64,000 nt of DNA from an uncultured cyanobacterium (GTDB lineage Bacteria > Cyanobacteriota > Cyanobacteriia > Phormidesmidales > Phormidesmidaceae). Positions 9,560-19,773 of the stretch are shown here, in pieces (positions within the stretch are counted from its first letter, which is position 1; each line of letters opens with the position of its first letter). The stretch lies in the NCBI GenBank assembly GCA_963793265.1, contig CAWBZI010000001.1:1600001-1664000 (forward strand). The letters are read 5' to 3'. A model generated the notes under the pieces. It had not been told where the DNA came from and did not search any database. It saw only the letters and a list, made by a program, of their open reading frames with translations. Position numbers and translations under genes: made by a program.

Positions 9560-10033
9560 AGTGAAGTCCTCCGTTCGTAAAAAGTTGGTGAGTTATTGAG
9601 TCCAGCGAGGATAAAAAAGGTTAAACAAATCTATTCAATAGCCTTAAGTAGCTATCAAAAATGCAGTCTCAAAGAAGTGAATAAACTATGCTCGAATCAG
9701 CTTTATCTATTAGGACTTGGCGATTAGATAAAGCTTGATGTTTAGATCTCGTTAATAAGGCATCAGCGCATTTTTGGGGCAGTTTTTGCGTGATGCTCAG
9801 GTACCAAGCCAAGTATCAGACTTTGACGGTCAGGAAAAGCGTGAAAAAACTTAATTAGTTATTTCTACAGCATAACCAAGTTTTTAGGATGTGGGGGTAA
9901 GAACCCCGTGGAAGGTCATAAGTTGGCTACAAATAGTCCCAAATAAGTTCAGATTAAGTTGGGATGCTTCAATTTTTGTTGTTGACACTTCAATCAAAGC
10001 TTGGTGATAATGGTTGTTTGAATTGAACTCTAG

Positions 10034-11386
<1,353 letters not shown>

Positions 11387-11539
11387 ACACCCGCCTAGAT
11401 CAGGTACAATCGATCTCCGGGTCTATTGCTTGAATTGGGCCTGCTACAGAGATGCTCCGAAGGCAACTGCTGGCGAAACGTCTTTACCTCAGACGATTTT
11501 ATTGACATATTTTTGACTTGAACCACCCTAGTAACTCCC

Positions 11540-12187
11540 ATGGATTTAACGATTGACTGCACCCAGCGCGCCTCGGACGAAAAGACCAAAAAGCTCCGTC
11601 GCGAAGGCACTTTGCCCGCCGTACTCTACGGACACGACGGCACTAACTCTGTAGCGCTCAAGCTCAGCAACTACGACGCCGAAGCGCTATTGCGCAAAGC
11701 CAGCGTCAACAAATCAGTCATCACAGTTAACGTGACTGATATGCCTTGGAGCGGCAAGGTCATCTTGCGCGAAGTGCAAAAGCACCCCTGGAAAAACAAG
11801 ATTCATCACCTCAGCTTTTTCTCCATTGCCTCACAGGACTTTATTGAAGTCAGTATGCCTATCAACTTTGTAGGCGAGGCCGTTGGTGTCACTAACCAGG
11901 GCGGCACGCTAGACATGGTAATGACCGAAGTCCAGCTCAAGTGCCCACCCGATGCGATTCCTCAGTCACTTGATGTAGATGTGTCTGCTTTGGATATCGG
12001 TGATGCGCTTCACGTAGGCGAAATTACGCTTCCTAAAGGCAGCTCTATTGCCGCTGATGACAAGCTGCTAGTGGTTTCTGTGCTTGCACCTCGCACAACG
12101 ACGCTTGAAGAGGAAGACGCAGCAGAAGATGCAGCAGCGGTAGCACCTGCTGAAGGCGAGGCCCCTGAAGCTGAAGCTGCACCATAA
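11540..12187 (+). CDS. rplY: 50S ribosomal protein L25 / general stress protein Ctc
   Basis: LRREGTLPAVLYG, EVQKHP, LDIGDALHV, acidic tail. Confidence 0.95.
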   Translation: MDLTIDCTQRASDEKTKKLRREGTLPAVLYGHDGTNSVALKLSNYDAEALLRKASVNKSVITVNVTDMPWSGKVILREVQKHPWKNKIHHLSFFSIASQDFIEVSMPINFVGEAVGVTNQGGTLDMVMTEVQLKCPPDAIPQSLDVDVSALDIGDALHVGEITLPKGSSIAADDKLLVVSVLAPRTTTLEEEDAAEDAAAVAPAEGEAPEAEAAP

Positions 12188-12227
12188 CAGAATGGCTTGA
12201 GTTATCTAAAACTCATCACACATTAGC

Positions 12228-12270
12228 AAAGGGCTAGGGATCAACATTCCTAGCCCTTTCGCTTTTCTTT
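12228..12270 (+). terminator. rplY intrinsic terminator
   Basis: aaagggctagg-gatcaacatt-cctagcccttt plus T-rich tail. Confidence 0.8.
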
Positions 12271-12382
12271 GGTGTCTATATATTCCTATCTAATTCGTAT
12301 ATAAGGGTGTGCGCTCGCTAGCTGGCATAATGGCTGGGCTCGAACCGTGTTCACACGCCCCTAATAGCTCTCACTAACAGCC

Positions 12383-13429
12383 ATGACTGACTCTGCACTT
12401 CCGGCCCTCGTTCAACAAATGCTCAAGCCGGATTTTTATCCCCATCCGGTCACCGAGCCGATCAAACTCATGCAGACGCACGTCTCTCAAGTGCTGCTGA
12501 CCGGCGACTACGTTTACAAGCTCAAAAAGCCCGTCAACTTCGGCTTTTTAGACTACGACACCCTAGCCAAGCGCAAGCACTTTTGCGAAGAGGAAATCAA
12601 GCTTAACCAACGAGGCGCTGGTAGCTTGTACTTGGGCGTTGTAGCGCTTACCCAAGACGGCGACAAAGTTGTAATTGATGGCGATGGCGAAGCGGTAGAG
12701 TACGCGGTTAAGATGCGTCAGTTTCCACAGTCGGCGCTGCTCAGCGATCAGTTTGAGCGCGGGCTGCTAGATGAAAAAAAGGTACGTGAGCTAGCGACGA
12801 CCATTGCTCAGTTTCACGGCAAAACGGAAACAAACGAGCACATCCGTACTTATGGAACGGTTGCGGCCATTCGACAGGCTTTTGATGAAAACTACGAGCA
12901 AACGGTAGGATTTGTCGGCGGAGATGATATCACGAAGCCTCAGACGCAAAAGCAGTTTGACGAGACAAAGGCATATACCGACAGTTTTTTTGATGAGCAG
13001 GCCGACCTTTTTCAAAAAAGGCTAGATCAAGACCGCATTCGCGCTTGTCACGGCGACCTGCACTTAGGCAATATCTGCGAATGGGAAGACCAAATATATC
13101 TATTTGACTGCATCGAGTTCAACGAGCCGTTTCGCTTCGTCGATACGATGTACGACGTAGCCTATATCGTGATGGATTTAGAGCTAGCAGGCCGCAGCGA
13201 CCTCAGCAAGATCTTTCTAAACCAATATGTAGAAGAGACAGGCGATTACGAAGGGCTAGAGATTTTGCCTTTGTACGTTAGCCGTCAGTCTTATGTGAGA
13301 GGAAAGGTGACTTCCTTTATGCTGGGCGATCCGTCTGTGTCTGAGGCAGATCAAAAGGCTGCGAGCGAAAGGGCGGCTAAGTACTACAAGCTGGCCTGGT
13401 CTTACGTGCAAAAAAAAACGGTAGCTTAG
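12383..13429 (+). CDS. Aminoglycoside-phosphotransferase-like domain; N-terminal part of a usually fused phosphotransferase/AAA kinase
   Basis: QTHVS, YKLKKPVNFGFLD, CHGDLHLGNI, FDCIEFN. Confidence 0.85.
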   Translation: MTDSALPALVQQMLKPDFYPHPVTEPIKLMQTHVSQVLLTGDYVYKLKKPVNFGFLDYDTLAKRKHFCEEEIKLNQRGAGSLYLGVVALTQDGDKVVIDGDGEAVEYAVKMRQFPQSALLSDQFERGLLDEKKVRELATTIAQFHGKTETNEHIRTYGTVAAIRQAFDENYEQTVGFVGGDDITKPQTQKQFDETKAYTDSFFDEQADLFQKRLDQDRIRACHGDLHLGNICEWEDQIYLFDCIEFNEPFRFVDTMYDVAYIVMDLELAGRSDLSKIFLNQYVEETGDYEGLEILPLYVSRQSYVRGKVTSFMLGDPSVSEADQKAASERAAKYYKLAWSYVQKKTVA

Positions 13430-13434
13430 TCGCG

Positions 13435-13935
13435 ATGGCAGGGCTGTCGGGCTCAGGGAAAAGTACGACAGCTCAGAATTTGGCAGTGCAGGCAGGGGCG
13501 ATTCGGCTGCGTTCAGATGCGATTCGGAAGCATTTGGCGGGGGTGCCGCTGCACGAAAAAGCGGGGGATGAAATCTATACTCCGGCGATGAGCGATAAGA
13601 CCTACACGCGCTTAATTGAGCTGGGCGTTGAGCTGGCGAGGTTGGGATATTCGGTGATTTTGGACGCTAAATTTGACCGGCAGGCTAAGCGGAAAGAGGC
13701 GATCGCACTCACCCAAGCCAAAAACATCCCCCTCACCTTTCTACACTGCACCGCGCCCGCTGATGTTCTAAAAGCCAGAGTTACCGCCCGTACAGGCGAC
13801 ATTGCCGACGCCACGGCTGATATTTTAGCCAAGCAGTCTATGGAGCCGTTTAGCGCTGAGGCAACTGTGAAAACAATAGATACAACCCTTAGCGAAGATG
13901 AAATTCAGGAGCAGCTTGCCAAGGTGTTCGCGTAA
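13435..13935 (+). CDS. AAA_33 / gluconate-kinase-like P-loop domain; C-terminal part of the same fusion, in the -1 frame
   Basis: GLSGSGKST, RSDAIRK, VILDAKF, DIADAT; frame stays open upstream through the A9 run at 13410-13418. Confidence 0.85.
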   Translation: MAGLSGSGKSTTAQNLAVQAGAIRLRSDAIRKHLAGVPLHEKAGDEIYTPAMSDKTYTRLIELGVELARLGYSVILDAKFDRQAKRKEAIALTQAKNIPLTFLHCTAPADVLKARVTARTGDIADATADILAKQSMEPFSAEATVKTIDTTLSEDEIQEQLAKVFA

Positions 13936-14041
13936 GCGCATCTAGAATAATGAAACCGATTACAACCGAACCGGCTACGCGGTATAGCTTCGGGCTATAT
14001 TGAGGGCACTTAATATATAGAAATCAACTGGATTAGGTACC

Positions 14042-14380
14042 TTGGCTGATTTAATCATCCCAGCAGCTTTACAGATTTGGCTGGTCTTTTTACTTGTATT
14101 TGCGCTTTTGGGCTACCCAGTGCCTTTCAGCATCGTATTTGGTGCCATTGGCGGTATTGCAGGCGGCATCGCTACGGCCTGGTGGCAAATTAAAGGCGGC
14201 GCGCCTGCCGATCCAAAAGGAGATGCCAAGAATCGCCCGCCCGTCGATAAGCTAGAGCCGCCCGAAACTTACGTGCCAGAATCTTCCTCACGATGGGATT
14301 TGCCTTTCTTTAGGCCCGGTAAGTCAAGGCAGCGGTATATGGAAAGAACCAGAAGGGCTCGGCACAGGAGGCTAAGATAA
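14042..14380 (+). CDS. Small membrane protein, hypothetical
   Basis: Two TM helices (GAIGGIAGG) and a basic tail. Confidence 0.6.
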   Translation: MADLIIPAALQIWLVFLLVFALLGYPVPFSIVFGAIGGIAGGIATAWWQIKGGAPADPKGDAKNRPPVDKLEPPETYVPESSSRWDLPFFRPGKSRQRYMERTRRARHRRLR

Positions 14381-14436
14381 GCCACTGTTCGGCGCACTCA
14401 AAGGCGGATCGAATGCATGTGGTTTCAACTTAAGAT

Positions 14437-15228
14437 ATGTTCTTTCTTTCTAAGCTACTCCCTCTGTTTATTTATCCAGTGGGTCTTAGCTGTTTGCTAA
14501 TGGCACTCGGGCTCGTGTGGCTGTGGCGCTATCCCAGGCGGGCAAGTTGGGCGATCGCACTCTCCTTTTTCATTCTCTTTTTCACCAGCAACCCCATCGT
14601 CAGCGACAAATTCGTCAGCACCCTAGAATGGCGCTACTTCCCCCTCGACCCGATCCCCACAGCGGACGCGATTGTGGTGTTAGGTGGTGCGACTGCCCCC
14701 GCATCAGCGCCGCGGCCTTGGGTGGAAGTACTGGAGGCAGGCGATCGCATCCTCTACGGCGCACGTCTCTACAACCAAAAGCAGGCCCCCAAACTCATCC
14801 TCAGCGGCGGACGCATCTCGTGGCGCGGCGACAGCGGCCCCTCAGAAGCCGACGACATGAAAGAATTTGCCCTGGCAATGGGCGTCCCTGAATCAGCCAT
14901 CGTGTTAGAAGGCGACTCGCTCAACACCCGGCAAAATGCCGTTAATGTCAAAAAAATTCTAGACGCGCAGTCAATAAAATCTGTGCTGCTGGTGACTTCA
15001 GCGATCCATATGCCGCGTTCGGCAGCTATTTTCAAAAAGCTTGGGATCGATGTGATTCCTGCGCCGACGGACTATTTGGTGGCTACGGACGCTTACCGAA
15101 GTATTACGTCCACTTGGCAGGGGTGGTTGCTTGCCCTAGTGCCAGATTCGGAGGCGATCGCACACTTCACTAGAGCCCTCAAAGAATATGTGGGTTTCAC
15201 AATATATCGCCTACGCGGCTGGGTCTAA
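14437..15228 (+). CDS. YdcF/ElyC (DUF218) family protein
   Basis: DAIVVLGG, LILSGG, SEA, NTRQNA, LVTSAIHMPR, KEYVG. Confidence 0.9.
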   Translation: MFFLSKLLPLFIYPVGLSCLLMALGLVWLWRYPRRASWAIALSFFILFFTSNPIVSDKFVSTLEWRYFPLDPIPTADAIVVLGGATAPASAPRPWVEVLEAGDRILYGARLYNQKQAPKLILSGGRISWRGDSGPSEADDMKEFALAMGVPESAIVLEGDSLNTRQNAVNVKKILDAQSIKSVLLVTSAIHMPRSAAIFKKLGIDVIPAPTDYLVATDAYRSITSTWQGWLLALVPDSEAIAHFTRALKEYVGFTIYRLRGWV

Positions 15229-15271
15229 CCGCTAGGATAAAAGCATAGCCCCTCACCCAGCTTCTGCCCGT

Positions 15272-15508
15272 ATGCTCGAATATTTGTTGCCGAAGTCAGC
15301 AGCCGAAATCCAGTGGATAGAGGAATCGCTACAGCTTCAGCAAGCCGCTCAAGAATTCCGCATGGAAGTAGAGAAGCGGGAAGTTGAAGAAGCCTACTGC
15401 CAGTGGTATTACGACATGGCAAAGCAAACTCAGGCCGAGGCAGCAGCGATGAAGAATGATCCTAATTTTTTCGGTTGGTTCTGTGGCTTGAAAAGAAGGA
15501 AACTCTGA
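15272..15508 (+). CDS. Hypothetical protein
   Basis: 78-aa ORF abutting the next gene; EFRMEV...YCQWYY pattern. Confidence 0.55.
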   Translation: MLEYLLPKSAAEIQWIEESLQLQQAAQEFRMEVEKREVEEAYCQWYYDMAKQTQAEAAAMKNDPNFFGWFCGLKRRKL

Positions 15509-15862
15509 ATGAATTCAACGATGCAAGCGATACCCAGCATGGAAGAAGGTGTTGAACTATTGGCAGCTCGCTATCTGCCACAAAGCCGAGAGCTTGAGAT
15601 CACATTCAATACAGGGGCTCTGTATCGCTGGCCAGTTGATTCACTGCAAATGCAGGAGAAAACAGCTAGCGGGTGGCAAAGCATTTCACCACCAACAAAT
15701 GAGCAGCTAGCTAATGTCAGACTATGGCCACATAAGGAAGTTGTAGAGTTTACTGATATTGAGCAGTACTTTGAAGTTGCGGCACTAATGCGCGGACAGC
15801 TTGGTTCTAGGCGGTGGATGAACCATCTATTATCGAAGGCTGAAAATTATGGAAAGTTATAA
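15509..15862 (+). CDS. DUF2442-like protein (putative antitoxin)
   Basis: ARY...LEITFNTG, TNEQLANV, GQLGSRRWM C-terminal motif. Confidence 0.6.
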   Translation: MNSTMQAIPSMEEGVELLAARYLPQSRELEITFNTGALYRWPVDSLQMQEKTASGWQSISPPTNEQLANVRLWPHKEVVEFTDIEQYFEVAALMRGQLGSRRWMNHLLSKAENYGKL

Positions 15863-16073
15863 CGCTTTGAATATGCTAGAGCGTCAGCCGGATAGGGTGA
15901 GTGGTGCATGGGTGTTTAAGGGAACTCGTGTTCCTATATCGGCCCTTTTCGAGAATCTCAAAGATGGGGCTTCAATTGATCAATTTCTGGAATGGTTTCC
16001 GGGTGTGAGCCGTACGCAAATAGAGGCACTCTTAGACTATGAACTTGCAACGCTAGAGAAAACCGTCAGATAG
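15849..16073 (+). CDS. DUF433 antitoxin
   Basis: PDRVSGAWVFKGTRVPISALFENLKDGASIDQFLEWFPGV. Confidence 0.9.
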   Translation: MESYNALNMLERQPDRVSGAWVFKGTRVPISALFENLKDGASIDQFLEWFPGVSRTQIEALLDYELATLEKTVR

Positions 16074-16204
16074 TGAAGGTTCTTTTCGACCAGGGTACGC
16101 CTGTGCCGCTACGCCGCTATCTATCAACACACGAGATCGATACAGCTTACGAACGAGGTTGGTCAGAACTATCTGACAGTCTCGTTGAAGCACAAACAAT
16201 CTGA
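16073..16204 (+). pseudogene. Truncated DUF5615 PIN-like toxin (43 codons; not in ORF track)
   Basis: GTG overlapping the DUF433 stop; MKVLFDQGTPVPLRRYLSTHEIDTAYERGWSELSD then early stop, lacking the remainder of the PIN fold. Confidence 0.75.
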
Positions 16205-16225
16205 AGCCGCTAATCTGATTCAGTC

Positions 16226-16507
16226 TTAAGTTGCCTGCGATCGCCACCAGTCGGCAGCTACTGCGAAATCTACTGTTTCCGTAAGGCAAGTAACACCTGC
16301 GCGAGTTCCATCTAAAAACTCGTAGTCGGCAGAAGTTGCATCCGATAGCTCCTCAAATTCACTGGTAGGAACACGAGCAGTTTTGCCATCTTGAAAAGTA
16401 ACTACTATCTCATCAGTCTCGTCGTCGTAGCGAGCGGCAGTCAAATCGGTTGGTAGTGGACTAGGTGCTGAGATAACAGCATCATATGTTAGCTGACTTA
16501 AAGTCAT
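16226..16507 (-). CDS. Hypothetical protein, DUF2442-like
   Basis: ARYDDETDEIVVTFQDG...VP...LSDAT pattern. Confidence 0.55.
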   Translation of the reverse strand: MTLSQLTYDAVISAPSPLPTDLTAARYDDETDEIVVTFQDGKTARVPTSEFEELSDATSADYEFLDGTRAGVTCLTETVDFAVAADWWRSQAT

Positions 16508-16621
16508 GCATTTTCTCCATAGATTGAGTCCCAGATTTCCCAAGCTTTATCAAGGTTTTGTATCAAAATCTCTACATATGCATCTATTGACGTACTGCAA
16601 AGAGTGATGTCTATCAAAGCA

Positions 16622-18046
16622 TCAATGCCTCACCAGCTTCACCATAAAGAAGCCGTCCATATGCTGACGGTGAGGCCATACTTTTATCCAACCCTCTTCC
16701 GTTGCGGGCAGAGCAAAGTTTACATCAGGGGGCTGAATCTCCCAGCCCTCATGCTCGCTCAAAAACCACTGAACCTGCTCTTCATTTTCGGCAGGATGCA
16801 GCGTACAGGTTGAATACACCATCGCACCGCCCGGCTTTACCCAAGTAGAGACATGGCTTAATAGCTCCCTTTGCAAAGTTACGAGCCCTTCAACGCTCTC
16901 AGGCGTTTGTCGCCAACGGGCATCGGCGTGGCGGTTTAAGGTGCCTAGCCCAGAGCAAGGTACGTCGAGTAATACGCGGTCAGCTTTGCCAGCAAAAGTC
17001 GGCTGGTTGCGGCTGTCACACATCAGCGGACGGACAATAGTTGAGCCTATGCGGTCGATGTTTTGTTGGATTTTTTTGGTGCGGGAGGCTGTGCGATCGC
17101 AGCTCCAAACCATGCCCTTCTCGCCCATCAGCTCAGCTATATGCAAACTCTTGCCACCCGGCGCACCACAGGCATCAATCACCGTCTCACCCGGCTGCGG
17201 GTCAAGCAAATATCCGACTAGCTGAGCGCTACTATCTTGCACAGCCCACCAGCCCTCGTCATAACCCGGCAGTGCAGAAACCGCGCCATGTCGCCCTTTA
17301 ACCCTCAGCGCTGAAGGCACCGCCTCAACAGGTTCCACCTCAATATCAGCCGCCTTGAATATCTCTATGGCCTCAGATAAAGCATGCCGCTTCAAGTTGA
17401 TTCGCAAATCGAGCGCAGGCGGCTGATTGAACCATTCGCACAGCTCAGCGACTTCTGCATCCGGCAGCATTGACTGCCAAACGCGCACCATCCAGTTGGG
17501 ATAGCTGTGCAGAATGCCGAGCTGCTGAGTTGGATTATTAGGAAGTTCAAGCGGGTCAACCGCCGCCTCAGAACTGCTCCGGCGGATGTACTCACGCAAC
17601 ATGGCGTTCACGACGCCGCTGAGCTTCCCGAGCTTTTGTGACTTTGCAAGCTGTACTGTCGTATCGACTACCGCGTGATCGGGCACATGGGATAGATAGC
17701 GAAGCTGATAGAAGCCAATTCGTAGGATTTGAAGTAGGTCGGCCTGCTGCTTGCTTACGGCGCGATCGCCAAGCTGCCCAATTAGTGTATCCAGCGTACG
17801 TCTTCGCCTGACCGTGCCATACACTAGCTCAGTAACGAAGCCTTTATCTTGAGCGCTCAAATCGGATTCGTTGAGCTTGCGATCTAACACCACATCAGCA
17901 AAAGCGCCCCGGTCAATAGCTCGGAGCGCTTCAAAAGCTATTTGCCTGGCTGTCTTACCTACTGCGGTAGAAGCTGGCTTTTTGTTTCTAGGGCGTGACT
18001 TACGTTCAGATTTCGGGACGAGCTTGGGCTTTTGATTCACGGGCAT
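16622..18046 (-). CDS. rsmB: 16S rRNA m5C967 methyltransferase RsmB/Sun
   Basis: NusB-like N-domain, VQDSSAQ, DACGAPGGKS, DVPCSGLG, YSTCTLHPAENE, DGFF. Confidence 0.95.
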   Translation of the reverse strand: MPVNQKPKLVPKSERKSRPRNKKPASTAVGKTARQIAFEALRAIDRGAFADVVLDRKLNESDLSAQDKGFVTELVYGTVRRRRTLDTLIGQLGDRAVSKQQADLLQILRIGFYQLRYLSHVPDHAVVDTTVQLAKSQKLGKLSGVVNAMLREYIRRSSSEAAVDPLELPNNPTQQLGILHSYPNWMVRVWQSMLPDAEVAELCEWFNQPPALDLRINLKRHALSEAIEIFKAADIEVEPVEAVPSALRVKGRHGAVSALPGYDEGWWAVQDSSAQLVGYLLDPQPGETVIDACGAPGGKSLHIAELMGEKGMVWSCDRTASRTKKIQQNIDRIGSTIVRPLMCDSRNQPTFAGKADRVLLDVPCSGLGTLNRHADARWRQTPESVEGLVTLQRELLSHVSTWVKPGGAMVYSTCTLHPAENEEQVQWFLSEHEGWEIQPPDVNFALPATEEGWIKVWPHRQHMDGFFMVKLVRH

Positions 18047-18105
18047 TCACTCATCAGCAAAATTTGCGAACTTAAGGGCACTGTCTGGCGACTGCCTTAT
18101 TACGA

Positions 18106-18297
18106 CTACTTCCTACGGCCACCTCTTAAGTTAGGCGGTAGCGCATCTAATTCTCTACCGCGTCTGCGGCGATCGCGCCATTCCACCGCCGTCAGGTAGC
18201 CCACACCAAGGGTCACCACAATTAATAGCAAGAAAGCCAGCGCGGCCAAAACGGTCAGTAGCTGACTTTCTAATGCTGCATTTAACAGAGAATCCAC
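18106..18297 (-). CDS. Small single-TM cyanobacterial protein
   Basis: Hydrophobic helix followed by YLTAVEWRDRRR; lies just downstream of petN. Confidence 0.6.
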   Translation of the reverse strand: MDSLLNAALESQLLTVLAALAFLLLIVVTLGVGYLTAVEWRDRRRRGRELDALPPNLRGGRRK

Positions 18298-18352
18298 AGC
18301 CTAATACTCAAAACTCGACAACAAATGGGTGCTGTAGTTAGGTCTACAAAAT

Positions 18353-18442
18353 CTAGAAGCCGTTGCGGCCCCAAATCACCATGGAGATAGAAAAAGTGAA
18401 GCAGCCCAACAGTGAAACCCAGCCCAAAGTCAAAATATCCAT
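18353..18442 (-). CDS. petN: Cytochrome b6f subunit 8 (not in ORF track)
   Basis: Own translation: [29 protein letters not shown]. Confidence 0.95.
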   Translation of the reverse strand: MDILTLGWVSLLGCFTFSISMVIWGRNGF

Positions 18443-18541
18443 AATAAAAGCGTCAATGTCTTCAGCTTCTATCATACGGTAAAGCTAGGCCCTTGAATGG
18501 CTAAGACCAAAAGAACTTAACCCAAATCGTTCAGTCAATAT

Positions 18542-19000
18542 ATGGATGGAATGAGCGCAAGCACGTCAGGAACAACCCCATCAGAAATGTCCATTGCCCA
18601 AATGCGAATGGAGTCTGTTAAAGCAGGGCTTTTGGGCGCTGGGGCTGTTGGGGTTGCAGCTATTGTGGCCTGGTTAGGAATGTCACTGGCCGGATTGCAG
18701 TCGGATAGCTCACTGATTGAGTGGCTGGTGAATTTAGCGGTGGCGCTGAGTTCTGGCTTTTTCTTTGGTGTTAGCTATCGCTATATTGTGCGGCGCGATG
18801 ACAATTTGCACTTGGGTAGCGGGGCTGTGGGGGCGTTTGCGTTTGTGCGATCGCTCGCCCAAATAGAAGCCACCTGGACAGACTCCTTCACCCTCCTCCT
18901 GTGGCTACTGATCACAGGCGAAAGCTTCCTATGGTTCGCTGCTGCCCGCTACACCTTGGACTGGGCCATTCGCAAAGGTTGGATAAATCCGCTCGACTAA
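18542..19000 (+). CDS. Conserved cyanobacterial membrane protein
   Basis: RMESVKAG, FFGVSYRYIVRRDDNLHLGSGAVGAFAFVRSLA; about 4 TM helices. Confidence 0.7.
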   Translation: MDGMSASTSGTTPSEMSIAQMRMESVKAGLLGAGAVGVAAIVAWLGMSLAGLQSDSSLIEWLVNLAVALSSGFFFGVSYRYIVRRDDNLHLGSGAVGAFAFVRSLAQIEATWTDSFTLLLWLLITGESFLWFAAARYTLDWAIRKGWINPLD

Positions 19001-19025
19001 AGGGTAGAGCTAAGCCGAGTCGAAG

Positions 19026-19691
19026 TCACAGTTCAAAAACCTTAAAAGCCTTATCACTTCGTTTCATCGACAGATCAATCGCTGAAAATATCTTATTTAC
19101 AGCCTTATCGCTCCCCAAACATTCCACCGCTAGCGTTGCCACCGCCGCCCTGGGAATAGAACCGGCTACTGTCGGATCTTCAGTCAAAACGGCTTGCCCT
19201 GTCACGGGTTCAGACAGCAAACCGCCCGGACGAATTACCGTGTAGTCCAAGCCACTATCGGCCAGATGTTTCTCAGCCTGAGCTTTCTCTTTGAGTACAG
19301 GGCCGAGCGTTTCTATTACATTTGGCGGCAGCGCCTGCTCGCTATCACCGCTGCCAATAGAGCTGATGAGAATAAATCGTTTGGCCTGAGCGGCAACCGC
19401 AGCGTCAATCAGGTTTTTATTACCCTGAAAGTCAGCGCGAACGCCGCCATCGCTCGGTAGTCCTCCAATCGTACTCACCACCGCATCAGGTGAATGCTCC
19501 GTGACTAGCTGCTTCATCAGCTCAGCTTCTAAGGCATCGCCTTTTACCACCGTGACGCCCATTCCTGTAAGTTCGGGTTTAGCGCGATCACTCCGCAACA
19601 GCGCCACCACCTCATGCCCCGCCACCACTAGCTGCTTTGCAATCTCACGGCCTACGCCCTGACTAGCTCCTGCTAAAAAAATACGAGTCAT
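19026..19691 (-). CDS. Atypical SDR / NAD(P)H-binding oxidoreductase
   Basis: IFLAGASQGVG Rossmann motif, YTVIRPGGL. Confidence 0.85.
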   Translation of the reverse strand: MTRIFLAGASQGVGREIAKQLVVAGHEVVALLRSDRAKPELTGMGVTVVKGDALEAELMKQLVTEHSPDAVVSTIGGLPSDGGVRADFQGNKNLIDAAVAAQAKRFILISSIGSGDSEQALPPNVIETLGPVLKEKAQAEKHLADSGLDYTVIRPGGLLSEPVTGQAVLTEDPTVAGSIPRAAVATLAVECLGSDKAVNKIFSAIDLSMKRSDKAFKVFEL

Positions 19692-19773
19692 ACGTATGCC
19701 TACACCATTAAAACTAGATATACAAATATCCTGATAGTTCAACTGTAGCGCTCAGACAGAGTTTAGATAGCGC

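Noticed and set aside
12211..12221. ACTCATCACAC resembling the Yfr1 sRNA motif ACTCCTCACAC, upstream of a terminator
   Set aside because: One mismatch in a near-invariant motif, wrong context (Yfr1 usually lies near guaB/trxA), and adequately explained as the rplY 3' UTR
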